Part shown: positions 37,801 through 51,989 of the stretch, piece after piece
Position numbering within the stretch: position 1 is the stretch's first letter
Layout: each line of letters starts with the position of its first letter
Translations under genes and position numbers: made by a program
Source of the DNA: Octopus vulgaris
Lineage: Eukaryota
Direction of reading: 5' to 3'
DNA length: 64,000 nucleotides
NCBI GenBank assembly: GCA_951406725.2
Contig: OX597818.1
Coordinates: forward strand, 37,882,001-37,946,000
The notes under the pieces: model-generated
What the model saw: only the letters and a program-made list of their open reading frames with translations
The model's database searches: none
Told to the model about the DNA's origin: nothing

Positions 37801-40800
37801 GTCTTGAGTGCTAGGGATAGAACAAGGCTAAAGGAAACTAGTCTGACAGAAAAATTGGAGTGAAGCCCTTTGAGCAATTTCTGTCAAATTTCTATCAGAC
37901 ACCTGCATCAAGTCTCATCTCCAACCATCTTAGCCAATATCTTGATACAGGATCTAGACAATCCAGAACAAGTAATGCATAAATTTCTCCTACTTAAACC
38001 TAGATCATGATGTTTGTCTCAAATGACAGGAGCTTCTGGGAACCACAGGCAGTAAACCTTTTCACTGTGGTAGCTGATACATTTGTAATAATGAGCCCCA
38101 TTTCTATAGTTTCCACACTTTTAAATGCACACAGAAGATGTATAGGTGGGAGCAGTTATGATTAGCTGGTCTTCTGCACAACTCTTCTCTTTGCTGAAGT
38201 ACCATATATCTGAAGTTATGGCCTTTGTTAACTACCAATGGACAAATACATGATTTTTGAGAAGCACAAGTTTTAAGGCTGAAATACTGGAAGGTCACAA
38301 ACTGAAATGCCTTTCAAAAGCTTTGTATCATTAGTTACATTCTTGCTAAGCAGTGGAGAATGTGGCTCTGAGTATATTCTTCATATATGAAGCATATTCT
38401 TCATATAATTTTTCTAGGCATGACTGGTAAGAAGCTTGCTTCCCAACCATATGGTTCTGGATTCAGTCCTGCTGCATGGTGCCTTGGGCAAGTGTCTTCT
38501 ACTATAGCTTATGAGTGAATCTGGTAGACAGAAACTGAAAGAAGCCCGTATTGTGTCTGTATTTGTCCACCCACCTCACCATCACTTGACAACTGATGTT
38601 GGTGTGTTTGTCCCCCATAACTTAGCAGTTCAGCAAAAGGGGCTGATAGAATAATTGCTAGGCTTACAAAGAATAAGTCTTGGGTTCCATTTGTTCAACT
38701 AAAGGCTGCAGTCAAATGACTGAAACAAGTAAAAGAATAAAAAATGGTTAAGTGTTTTCACTGCTTTTTTCCTATGGTGTGAAAGCATGTGTTTCCAATG
38801 ACTGTGAGATCTTGGTCCTTGACCAACTAACTGTGTAGTTATAAATTCAAACCATACCACATGCAGAGATGTATGTATGTATATACATATGTGTGTATAC
38901 GTGTAAATGCACACACATATGTCATGACCATTTAATGTGTTTTCCATGCTGGCATGGATTGTTGGATGGTTTGACAGAAGCTGGTGAACTAGAGAATTAC
39001 ACCTAGCTGTCTGATATATATATATATATATATATTGTCATGTCTAAGAGCCTATTGGTAAAAAATATCAATATGTTAAAATTGATGTCACTTTCTTCAT
39101 AAAGAAAATTATTTGCTTTGATAATAACTTACATATATTTTATTGACTAACTTCAAAGCTTCGCTGGCTGGCTTATTTGTTTTTAAGCATTTAAAAACTC
39201 TTAAATGTGTGTGTGTGTGTGTATGCATTTGCACAAATAAACACGTGTAGAAGTCATCATTTAACATCAATTACCCAATCTGACAGGATCCAATGGACTC
39301 AAGGACTGCATCATACTCCAGTGTCGGCTTTGGTCTGGCTTCCCTTCCTAATGCCAGCCACTTTAGAGCATCTGTGGGATGCTTTTTTCATACCATCAAT
39401 ACAGAGAGGTTGCTTTGCATCTTGCAAGAGTGTAAACTTTAAGAGGAGGGGACTATATGCTGAGAGAAGAAGTAAATGGCTAGAGCAGAACAGGTTTCTT
39501 ACATAGAGGAGATACGTAACTTCTCACATTTTAGAAGGGTGGGGGAGGCTAAAGGTGTAAGGTGATGTTACTTAACTGTGAAGTTATGTAATGTGCTTTG
39601 CAGCCCCATGGTCCTGAGTGCGATACCTTTGTAAGTACCTTGGATAAGTGTCTTGTACTGTAACAGCTGATTGACTAATGGCATGGGTGTGGAAATTGTT
39701 GAATGGCAACTGTGCTGAAGCCTGTCGTGTATATGTGTGTCTGTGATTGTTTAGTGGAGTAAGCAGGTGTTGAGTTGTATCCATTTTTATCAGAAAGAAA
39801 ACTAAATAATCTTCAGACTAGAATAAGTATTTGTAGCAGCTCTGTATTCAATATTGGCTTATATGCAAATATGTCTTTCTCCATTTCAAAGTTGGCTCAG
39901 TCGACTTTGTGTGGTTGCACCTTTTGTGTCGCTCTCTCTGATTGGTTAGAATGGAACGTTTCCATCTGCTTCCGGTTTGGTGTTTATATAAAGCATGACA
40001 GTCACCATTTCTCACTGGAGAGTTTTCCTTCCTTCGCTTTAGAACTCTCTCAGCACGTATTTCTTTCATTCACATCAGCACTGGCTGCTCAGCAAGTTCT
40101 TTTGATGAGCCAGCGGACTGAACAAACAATGTGGCCTTCTTGGAGGTATTCTCACACACACAACTAGCGCCGCCATCGCCTCCATGTTCTTTCGTTTTGG
40201 ACCAACCAACCATCCATACAGGAAGAAGATTTAATTTAGCCAAGCGTCACACACTCAACTACGAGACACACATACAGACTACTAAAAGTGGTGACCATTG
40301 AGTTAAATATTCAAGACAATATGATTAATGAAATCCTTGAAAGGTGGTGCTCCAGCATGCCTGAAACCAGTTAACCTTCTAACATTTAAACAACCCATAT
40401 TCGACCCAAATATTTTACTTGCTTTATGTTCAAATTGACTATATCCATCCTCTGACACCTACCCTACAATGTTATTCTGAAAATAAACAATCAGAGCAAC
40501 AAACTGGCTTCCGTGCTGGGGGCACATAAAAAGCACCATCCGAACGTGATCGTTACCAGCATTGACTTACTGGCCCTCGTGCTGGTGGCATGTAAAAGCA
40601 CTCACTACACTCTCGGAGTGGTTGGTGTTAGGAAGGGCATCCAGCTGTAGAAACTCTGCCAGATCAGATTGGAGCCTGGTGCAGCCATCTAGTTCGCCAG
40701 CCCTCAGTCAAATCATCCAACCATGCTAGTATGGAAAGCGGACGTTAAACGATGATGATGATGATGATGACATTAAAATCCCAAAGCCATATGATAATGC

Positions 40801-43800
40801 TGGATTAATTGAAAACAATACGAATAAATAAGCATTACGTTGGACAGTAATCTGAATGCTAAAGGGTTAAAGTCAGTACTCTAGCATGACTAAAACCAGT
40901 AAATATAGATAGATGGATAGATATGCATAACACAGGGATGACCATGTGGTTAAAAATTTGCTTTGATGCCCCACTCTGTTTAACCCTTTCATTACTGTAT
41001 TTCTGTTGAGATGCTCTGCGTTTCTTTCAATTACTTTAAATATAACAAAGAATTTAGTAAAATAACTTTGTACTCAGAGCCAGAGCCGGTTTCAGCTGGG
41101 TTGAAACGAAAGGGTTAAAATTCCTTCCCATTGAGTGGGCATTATCAGCTGATGTCTTCTACTATAGTTTAGGGCAGACTAATCCCTTGTGAATAAAATT
41201 TTCTAGATGGAAACTAGAAGCAGCATATGTGTGTCTGCACATGCATGCTTGTATGTGTGAGTGAGTGTTTACTATGTCTTGACATGTGTTAATTGAAAAC
41301 AACAGTCACTGTTACACAAATAATGTTGTTTGTCCACAATCCTTCATGAAATTGTGTCTGGATGTTAAGCTGTACATTGAAGGATGAGATGGAATATTAC
41401 TTTAATTGAAAACAAGTGTGAGCTGGCAACAGAAAATGCATCTGGCCATAGAAAAATCTGTCTCAGTACCTTTTTGCTTGACCCATGCAAATATGGAAAA
41501 TGGACATTTAAACAATGATATATATACACATTCATTGTATCCCGTAGACTATGAGATGAAATCCAACTCCTAATCTATTTGATACACAACACTTATACTA
41601 TATTATTCATAAGACTTGGAAATGAAATGTCTTGAATTGTGTATTATGTTACTGATATTTTTTTTATGTTAGAATCCATAATCACTTGGACAATCATTGT
41701 ATGTCATTCACTGGGTGTGTGGCTTGATGTCATACCCTATGTACTTTCCTCTGGTATGAAAATAAGGATATATAACAGTATACTAAGGTTTGCTAAAGAA
41801 TTACTAATGGAGTCATACTGTAGTACACTGATATTGACATGTTAACCACCATGGTCTGGTACTAGAACTCACCAGTGATACCACATATTTCATGTGATCC
41901 TGTTCAATTGCAAGGAAATGTAATTTTTTTTTCATTTTCACAATATCCCATAATTATCTAAATATCTTTGAAACCATGTCAAAGATACAGGATGAAATAT
42001 TTTCTCAGATTATAAAAATGTACTGCCAGTGGCACATATGGTAGTTGTGTGCAGTGGGCAATGACCTACCAGTGGTACATTTGGCAGTTAAAATGTCATT
42101 CAATTATTAAAATTAAAGCATTTACTTTAAATTTTCTTTCCTGATTGCTTCAGTACTGTCTGTTGACTTTTACAACTGCACATAAAGCTAAGAATCAAAT
42201 ACTTTAGAAAAATATCATTTCAAAAGAAATTCTATATTTAAAGATTTTCTATAAACTTCTAACAATTTTATAGTTTTCAAAGTAATTGGAATTTCCATGG
42301 GTACTGCTAGTAACAGAAAGAGTTTAAGCTCAATTGATTTGGCAGAGAATAAGCTTAGATAAGATGCAATTCCAGTTTTTATTAGGTTGGATTATTGCTG
42401 AGGTTTGTTTCATAGTGGAATAACTGTAAGAGAAGTTTTTAGCTTAGTGTAAGCCTCTGTTCCTAGAATTTGTTGATCTGGAGAATGCCTTTGAAAAAGT
42501 ATCAAAATCTCTAGTTTGGGTGTTCTTTGAGAAAACTAGAAGTAGATGGATACTTTAATATAGCATCGCAAGCCACATACAAAAGTGCAATTATTCATCA
42601 AGGTTTAATCATCAGTCCCCTTTTACAGTTCTCCAAGATATACCACCTAGGGAAATTTTAATATGCTGACAACCTAGTTAAGCCTTTAGTGTTTAAACTG
42701 GCCAAATCCGGCCCAATATATTCTACATGTTTTATATTCAAACTGGCAATATCTAACCTCTCACACCTAACCTACAATGCCATTCTAAAAATAAACAATC
42801 ACATCATTGAAACCTCAAAGCTGTAAGATAATCCAGGATTAATCCGAAACAATTTGAGTGAAAAAGTATTACATTTAACAGAGTAATCTGAACACTAAAG
42901 GGTTAAAGCAGAGTTTATGGAAAACTCAAAGTTAGACATGAAAACAACACTTAGAATTGAAGGTACTGGTGCTCCTTGGAAGAAAGCTTTTGTTACCAAG
43001 GTGATCTAATCACTTGAGGAGCAGGGTACACTGAAAGTATATAACCAGAATAAGAACAGGATTTAAATCCTCTAGCATTCACATTATTTTGTCAAATGTA
43101 ATGTTTATTTATTCATATTGATTTGAATTAATCATGCATTATCTTGTTGCTTAGCGATTTCAATGACATCATCATCATCATTTAACGAACAGTTTCCTTG
43201 ATGACCTGGGCTTGATGGTTTGACAGGAGCTGATCAGCTGAAAAGCTGTTCAAGCTCCATGTCTGTTTTAGTATAATTTCTGTGGCTGGTTGCCCATTTT
43301 AATGCCAACCACTTTACAGGGTGTAGTGGGTGCTTTTACACAGCACTGGTGCTAGTGCTTTTTATGTGGCACCACCACTTACGAACCCATAAGTTTAGGG
43401 ATGCTCAGCTTGCAGGGAACGAGCCTCTATACAAGGGCAACTACACTTTTATTTAGCTTGATGTGTCTTTTCAAGCACAGCAAGCTGCCAGGGGTCTCGG
43501 CCCTCTGTTATCCCCTTAGATCCTTTCTCACCACTTTGTCCTTATTATATATTTTTTACAATGACAATCTTATGTAGGGGTGAGAGGCCAGATCTGGACA
43601 GTTTGAATATAAAACAGGTAAAAAATTTTGGACAGGACATCATCATCATCATCATCGTTTAACATCCGTTCTCCATGCTAGCATGGATTGGACGGTTCGA
43701 CCGGGGGATCTGGGAAGCCAGATGGCTGCACCAGGCTCCAGTCTGATCTGGCAGTGTTTCTACAGCTGGATGCCCTTCCTAATGCCAACCACTCCGTGAG

Positions 43801-45264
43801 TGTAGTGGGTGCTTTTTACATGATCTGGTTTAAATGCTAAAGGATTAAAAAGTTTCAAAGAGATATTATCTTTGCTAGCAACAAGAGGAATATCTCTTCA
43901 AGCAAAGGGTAGAATACATTATTTGTGTACACAGCGTGATGGCTGGATGGAAATTAAGCAATTACGCTCTGCTTCATGTGTAATGTTATTGTGCGTGAGC
44001 AATGTGGAACAGATGAGCTGAGAGGAAAATTGGGAATAAAGGGGAATCAAGTATAGTGTACAAGAGACAATTATATTGATATGTGATAAATATGAAGTTA
44101 GGTGCATAAAGAAGTTTAAGGAAAACTGAAAGAGGAAGCCTTCGAAAGACCTAAATGATGAACGCTCATCCCAGGATGTTGTACCTCAAAATGGTGTCAA
44201 AGTAATGCAACAAATGATTAGATGCTGTGTAAGAAAGGACCCATCCAACCCATAGAAGCATGATGAAGCTGATCTAAATGTTGGTTGTATGGTTATCTCA
44301 TTTTGCAACCACACGGTTTCAGGTGCACAGCACTTTGGGCTAGTGTTTTCTATAATAGCTCCAAAATGACGAATTCCTTGTATGTGAATTTGGTAACGGA
44401 ATCTGTGTAGAAGTCCATCAAATACATGAATGTGTGTTTGTACCCACCACCACCAATTAACCATTGTTGGTTTGTTTACTTATATTCCCATAACTTAGCA
44501 GTTAAAAAAAAAAGACCGATAGAATAAGTACCAAACTTGAAAAGTGTTAGGATCAATTAATTCAGCTAAAATCATTTAAGGTGATGCTTAGCATGGCTGC
44601 AGTCCAATGACTAAAGCAAGTAAAAGATACAGATACATATATTCTTATGAAGTTCACTACTTCTTACTTTATGGTTTCTGTTTTGTTGTTTAACCCCAGG
44701 TCATCTCTATTCAAGTATACCTATGATCATCCTTTTAGCCATGATTTTTTTTTTCTTTAGATTGGGGTGAGACCACATTATCCAAAGTACCCTTCTCTTT
44801 TTATTTTCTTTTTAAAGTCTTATGTGATTGAATGAAATTTGGTTATTTATTGCAAGTAACCAATTAGAAGCTCCCTGTGATCATTTTGTTTGATCCCTGC
44901 CTCCCCCCTCATTCCATCATGCATTGGCACCTTAATTATTGGTAAGCACATAAAAATTTTTTATGATATTAAAAACATCTAAAGAATATATAAAAATAAT
45001 TACTACTACTTACCTTCACATTGTATTTTGACTTGGTTCTAAGTAGAGGTACTTTTCTTCCATTTGTTTTATTTTGCCCAACACCTTCTGTGCAATGTTG
45101 CTAATCTATAACAGTCAACATGTCCAAGTGATATCTTCTGGTCTTCCATTCATGTGTTCTACCTTTTCACAGCCTCGTGTAATAGTGCTCTAACTGAAAG
45201 TATTCATTGATTTACAAGTAATGTTTAGATGTATCAGTTGCCAGGGTGACATAAGTGGGAAGAC

Positions 45265-46275
45265 ATTCTCTCTCGCTCTCTCTCTTTCTCCCTTCCTTCA
45301 CTTCCTCCCTCTTTCTTGCTCTCTCGTTCATTTCTTTTTCTCTTCTTTCTCTCTCTCTCTCTGTCCTCTGTGACCTGAGCTGTCTGTCTCTTTTAGTCTG
45401 TCATTTTCTCTCTCTCTTCTCCTTCTCTCTCCCCTCTCCCCCTTCTCTTCTCCCCCTTCTCTTCTCCCCCTTCTCTTCTCTCCCTTCTCTTCTCCCCCTC
45501 TCTCTTCTTCCCTCTTCTCTTCTTCCCCTTCTCTCTCTTTTCTCCCTCTTCTTTCTCCTCAGTCCCCCCTCTCTCTCTCCTCCATCTCCTCTGTCCTCTC
45601 TTTCTCTTCTTCCCCCTCTCTTCTCTCTTTCCCTTCCCCTCTCTTCCCTCTCTCATCCCTTTTCTCTTCTCCCTCTCTCTTCTTCCCTCTTTCTCCCCCT
45701 CTCTTCACCTTCCTTTCTTCACCTTCCTCTCTCTCTTCACCTTCCTCTCTTCACCTTCCTCTCTCTCTTCACCTTCCTCTCTCTCTTCACCTTCCTCTCT
45801 CTCTCTTCACCTTCCTCTCTCTCTCTCTTCACCTTCTTCTCTCTCTCTTCACCTCTCTCTCTTCACCATCCTCTCTCTCTCCACCATCCTCTCTCTCTCC
45901 ACCATCCTCTCTCTCTCCACCATCCTCTCTCTCTCTCCACCATCCTCTCTCTCTCTCCACCATCCTCTCTCTCTCTCCACCATCCTCTCTCTCTCTCCAC
46001 CATCCTCTCTCTCTCTCTCCACCATCCTCTCTCTCTCTCCACCATCCTCTCTCTCCACCATCCTCTCTCTCCACCATCCTCTCTCTCTCTCTCCACCTTC
46101 CTCTCTCTCTCCACCTTCCTCTCTCTCTCCACCTTCCTCTCTCTCTCTCTCTCCACCTTCCTCTCTCTCTCTCTCCACCTTCCTCTCTCTCTCTCTCCAC
46201 CTTCCTCTCTCTCTCTCTCTCCACCTTCCTCTCTCTCTTTTCCCCTTCTCTCTCTTCTTCTTCTCTTTCTCTCTC
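45265..46275. repeat. ~1-kb polypyrimidine tract with CCACC(A/T)TCC(TC)n minisatellite
   Basis: Seen directly. Almost exclusively C/T on the plus strand. Confidence 0.98.
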
Positions 46276-46849
46276 AGACTGTATTTTTGCGTTGTTTCCA
46301 CCAGTTTTTCTTTGCTAAGCAGACATACTTTCAGCAACATTAAGTTTTAACTTTTCCTCTACTTCAAAACTAAACTCAATTATTACTGACTATAAATGTA
46401 TGATGGCAATGACATAGGTCGGCGAAGGAGATATGTTAACACAGAATATTCTCCTGACTCTTCATAATGTGGTTGTATGAGCTGCTGGTAACAGCAGCCA
46501 AATGTCCCTCTCCTTCTCCTTCCACACATCTTGTTGGGGTACTATATCTGAACTGCAAAAGATGTTATTATCATTTGTGGTATGTCTTCTTGACCAAGGC
46601 TAATTTGATGTTAAACAAGTAGGAGCACTGGGTTGTTTCTCAATTAGTCTTCCTTATTAACTAATCTTTAATTAATCATAGCTAACATGGTGATGATATT
46701 GATTACACTCATTAGTCAATACATCTGATTTAAACGAGGTGAGTTGCGATTGTCATGTTCATGCTATTGTCAAGAGTTTTAGAAATAAGACCGAAGTGAC
46801 ATTACAAATACCTGTGCTGGTTTGGGCATGTGATGCATGTGATGCATGT

Positions 46850-47450
46850 GAATGGCGCTTAAGGTGGTTCAGTCATGCGGCCCCGTGTCCAGAGGGTGAG
46901 CTGATTTGCGATGTCCTCCTCCTACCTCCATTTCCCAACTGCCGCAAACACACGGGCGGGCAACGACGACAAAGGAGGACCTCTCCAAACTCTCAGGTCC
47001 GCAGATGGAACCGCGAATGGCTCACTATCTCCAGTGACCTCGCACAGGCCCGTCAAGCATGGGCCGCCATGGTTCGTGATGCCGTCAGGACCAGAGAAAG
47101 AGTCGGACAGCTGCATAAAGAAGTGCTGAGCTCTAATTGTGGAGGGTATCTGTGGAAGGAGTGGACCCAGGAAGACATGGGATGAAGTGATGAGAAAAGA
47201 TCTCCGGACACTGGGCATCACTGAGCAAATGACAAGGGACTGGATGTGGCATCTTCCTCTCACACAGGCTTGTCCTTCAGGTGCTGGAGCTGTGTTAACA
47301 CATCCCTGTTGGTTCTGTGTTAATGCACCCACCACACCTTGCTAAGTGGTTGGCATTAGGAAGAGCATCCAGCCATAGAAACCATGCTACAACAGACAGT
47401 GTCTGGATAACTACATGTCAAACTGTTCGGCTCATGCCAGTATGGAAAGA
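46850..47450 (+). mobile_element. RTE-clade LINE 3' fragments (RLRWFSH..., GPRKTWDEVMRKDL) running into a family-C-like 3'UTR
   Basis: Typical RTE C-terminal motifs, followed by TTAGGAAGAGCATCCAGCCATAGAAAC. Confidence 0.7.
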
Positions 47451-48507
47451 AAGCATTAACCCTTTCGTTACTGTATTTATTTTGAGATGCTCTGTGTTTC
47501 TTTCAATTACTTTAAATATAACAAAGAATTTAGTAAAATAGCTTAGTTATCATTCAGCTAAAGTTAGGAACATAAATTGTGACTAAGGTTTGGTGGAAGA
47601 TTTTAATTTAGTTATCATTCAGCTAATGTTAGGAACATAAATTGTGACTAAGGTTTGGTGGAAGATTTTAATTCAAAACTTATGGAAATAAGAAATTTAT
47701 ATGATGGAGCCCGGGCCGGTTTCAGCTGGGTTGGCAACGAAAGGGTTAAACAATGATGATGATGTATAAAAAAATACGTTGTGTTTGCTTCACAAAGAAA
47801 AATTTAATAAAAAAAATGGGGTTAGCAATTGTTATAAAACTTGTATTTAATTCTTATTTCAAGAAAGACTAAATGCTTCTTTAAGCAGAAGGTCAATATT
47901 TTCTCAGTGGGAATTAAAGTGTAGCTCCTGCCTTGTGGATTAGCAGGTGAAAGGGTTTGTCAGCTCGATATCATTGGCTTGCCTTGTGTGTGTGTGTGTG
48001 TACACACACACATATATAATGCGAAATATTTCTAAACTGTTTAAGGTATTTGATGAAGCATTTCAAGTCTTAACATGTGGCTCTGTAATCTACTCCCAGT
48101 GTCAGGGCGCAAGCAGTGTAAATTAATAGGATATCTTTCAAAATTTTGAGACTGCATGACAGCTGTACATTTGTCTGGGCTTTTCAGGTAATGTCTTGTG
48201 AAGTACAATAGGGTACAAAACACTCTTCATAAACCTAATTGTTATATTTACCTGTCAGTTGTTGGATTACCAGTGTTAGCCTTATATAATAAGAAATAAA
48301 GAGTATATATATTTTTTTTAATGTATTAGAGGTACTGGCATGACTGTGTGGTTAAGAAGTTAGCTTTGCAATCATGGGATTTTAGGTTCAGTCCTATTGT
48401 GTGGCACTTTAGACAAGTGTTTTTAATATAGTCTCAGGCCAGTCAATGCTCTGTGAGTGTCATTTCATAGCTGGAAAATGTGAAGAAGCTTCTGTGATAT
48501 ATATATC

Positions 48508-48547
<40 letters not shown>

Positions 48548-48786
48548 AATATATTAAAATATACACACTCCATGTGACTTTTTTCAGCCAATCGCAGACT
48601 AACATCCAGTAGAAAACATTGACTGTCTTCAATTAAACTCTCATTCAGGCCCAGTAACCAAAGACTAGCCGCAGGCTTGAAACTCAGAGTACCAATGAGT
48701 CTGCATCAAACTGTTTCATCTATACATGTAACTCCCAATAAATGTGTTGAGTGCCCTTCTTTTGTTTGTCTACTCACCTGCATGTA

Positions 48787-48823
<37 letters not shown>

Positions 48824-49369
48824 GTATATAATAATAATAATATGAGGGAATATTATTCCAAACTTACAGGGAAAAATTCAATATAGAAATACTAAATCAA
48901 ATTTCACAAAATATAATATATATATAAATTAGAAAAAAAACACCTTTTATCAATTCAATAATGAAAAATTAAATTATACCATTTAGAAAAATTACATATA
49001 GAAAGATTAAATATATGATAAAACAAATAACAATGATTAAGTAATGTGCAAAATAATAAATTATTATTTTGCAGTCAAATGACTGAAGCAAATATAAAAA
49101 AAAAAAAAGAATAGGAACAGGCATAGATCTGTAGTTAAGAGGTTTGCTTCCAACTATGTGGTTTTTTGTTCAGTCCCACTGCACAGCACCTTGGGCAGAT
49201 GTCTCCTATGATAACCCTGGGTAACCAAAGCAGATTTATGGAACAAAAACTTATATCTATTCTATACTTTATATATTCATGTGTGTGTGTGTATTTACAT
49301 TTATGTTTGCTTCTGCAAAAGTTATAATCTAAAGCAGTGATGTCTTTGTCACTTCTGTAAATCAACCTT

Positions 49370-49884
49370 TCAATGGATGTCTTCCAGCTTTTATATGTCA
49401 CTCTAGTTCGACCCATCCTCGAATATTGCATCCAGGCCTCAAACCCATATCTCCAGAAAGACATTCATCACCTGGAATGGGTTCAGCACTTAGCCATCCG
49501 AATGGTCACAGGCTTGTCTAAGCTTACGTATGAGGAACGTCTTCAACGATTGGCATTACATTCACTCAAACGACGAAGGATGCAGGGAGATCTCATCCTG
49601 GCTTTCAACATCTTCAACGGGAATGTAAACCTATCATTTGCGGAGTCTTCATGGGCATGATTACAAACTCTATCCCCAACACTTTTGACTCAACAGGCAG
49701 AAGGCCACATTCTCCATCCGTATCACAGCCCCATGAAATAAGCTGCCACAAGATGTCATTCAACTTCCCACCACTCCCCTGCTCAAAGAGTCTCTGGACA
49801 ACTGTGGCGGCTATGTATAAAACTGTAGATACATGGCTTAAGCACATTGCATTCTTCTCCGGCCAATAAATTTGATTTGATTTG
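49370..49884 (+). mobile_element. CR1-like LINE 3' fragment
   Basis: LYVTLVRPILEY...YEERLQRLALHSLKRRR..GDLI motif. Ends AATAAA(TTTGA)n. Confidence 0.85.
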
Positions 49885-51225
49885 AATCATCTGCTTTGTT
49901 TTCGTAATTGTAAGCAATAAGATATCCCTTACTTGAAAAATAGGTAAGGGTTAGTGAAAGGAAGAGGATCCAACTGTAAGCCCATTCCTTTATAGCATAA
50001 TTATCTAACCCATGCTAGCATGGAAAAACGGATGTAAAACTGGAGTATTATTATTATTATTTGCATTTATGGATTGCTTCAAAGTAACATATGTCTTCTA
50101 TCTGCTGATACTGATCTTCTCTAATGCCATCTTCTAGTACTTTTTTTTTCTTTTTTATCTTGCTGGTGTTCAGACTCCTAAACCATTGAGCATTATGATG
50201 TGTTTGATAATAGTTGAAAAAAAAATGCTTCATTGTATCAGGCATTACTCATTAATATCTGTTCAATAATGACTTTATCTTGTTATATGTGGTTACTTTT
50301 CTTTGTCTTTTTTTTTTTTTTTTTGCTTATTACAAAATGTTTGAAGCATGTTCAGAAACATCAATTAAGTGTAAGTCTATATTCATGCACATGTACACCA
50401 AACTATATAATCTCCCTTTATCATACAGTTTCTCTTTCTCTTTCATATATATGCAGGAGTGGCTGTGTGATAAGTAGCTTGCTTACAAGCCACATGGTTC
50501 CGGGTTCAGTCCCACTCCGTGGCACCTTGCTCAAGTGGATTTGGCAGACAGAAACTGAAAGAAGCCTGTCATATGTGTGTATGTTTTTACATCACCGTAA
50601 CTTAGCAGTTCAGCAAAAAGTGTCCGATTGAATAAGTACTAGGCTTACAAAGAATGTCATGGGGGTCGATCTGTTCAACTAAAAGCGGTGCTCCAGCACA
50701 GCCACAGTCAAATGACTGAAACAAATAAAAAAAAAAATGCATATAATATCTCTATTCTTTTCTTTCTTAGTTATGCCAAGGGTGTAGTCAAACAAATCAA
50801 CCCCATTACTTTTTATGTCTGCTAATTATTTTCTTTTGTTGAAATAATTGGGGCAGGCCCCATGATTAAAAAATTTCTCAACTAAGTAGTTTCTGGTTCT
50901 ACCTCACTGTACAATACCTTGGGTGTCTTCTACATTAGCCCCAGCTGATCAATGCCCTATGAGTTAATGTGGTAGTCAGAAGTTGTATCGGGTCCGGTTG
51001 TGTGTGTGTGTGTGTGTGTATTTACTTTCTGCACTTTGTATGAGAAAGTGCTGATCTATAAACAGTGATGTTTAACATTTCCTCTCAACAAAATCACTAC
51101 AAGTACTGTGGAATAAAAAAAACACTTATTTAGGCAAGTGCCTTCTATAGCCTTCGGCCAACCAAGGATTTATGAGTGGATCTGGTAGATGGAAACTGAA
51201 AGAAATCCATCATATATGTATGTGC

Positions 51226-51259
<34 letters not shown>

Positions 51260-51989
51260 CTTTGTGTCTGTGTTTGTCCCACCCCTACTATTGCTTGACA
51301 ACTGATGTTGGTGCATTTACTTCCCCTGTAATTTAGCAGTTCAACAAAAGAAACCGATAAAATAAGTACCAGGCTTACAAAGAATAAGTCCTGGGGTCAA
51401 TTTCTTCAGCTAAAAGGTGGTGCTCCAGCATGGCTGCAGTCAAATGACCGAAAGAAGTAGAATATATATACATACATACATACGCACACACACACACACA
51501 CACACTCATACATACACACACAAATACATGCATGCAACCATACTGTATGTGTCATTCTAACTAAACCTTGTCACGCTCTTATTGAAATCAATTATTTTAC
51601 GTTAATTACATTTGACTGAAACATAGAGGATTTGGGGTTGTTTTTCATATTTACTAAGCAGTGCCAGGTTTATTAAGCATTAATGTCAGGACAGTTAGTT
51701 GTTTAACTACTTCAAAATGCAGTTTTCTGTTTGCAATAGAGACCACTTAGTTATGTCAACCAAACTGTAAAGTAACTGGCAAATATGTTCACTTCATATC
51801 TTTCTGTTACCGAGTTCTGTTTCATGAACAACAAAGTAAACGTAACGTTTTCTGCTGCTTCTTATCAATACTGTACCTTTATCGTTAACTATGCTACTTA
51901 AATGCATAGTTTGCTTACATTTCACCTGTGACTTTAAGCTTTAAATGAATCCCAATCTGAAATCAGATTCACGCTTACAGACTTTTAAA

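Noticed and set aside
45255-46343. 362-aa L/S/P-rich ORF and overlapping E/R-rich antisense ORFs
   Set aside because: Translation of a CT-rich repeat that lacks stop codons by composition.
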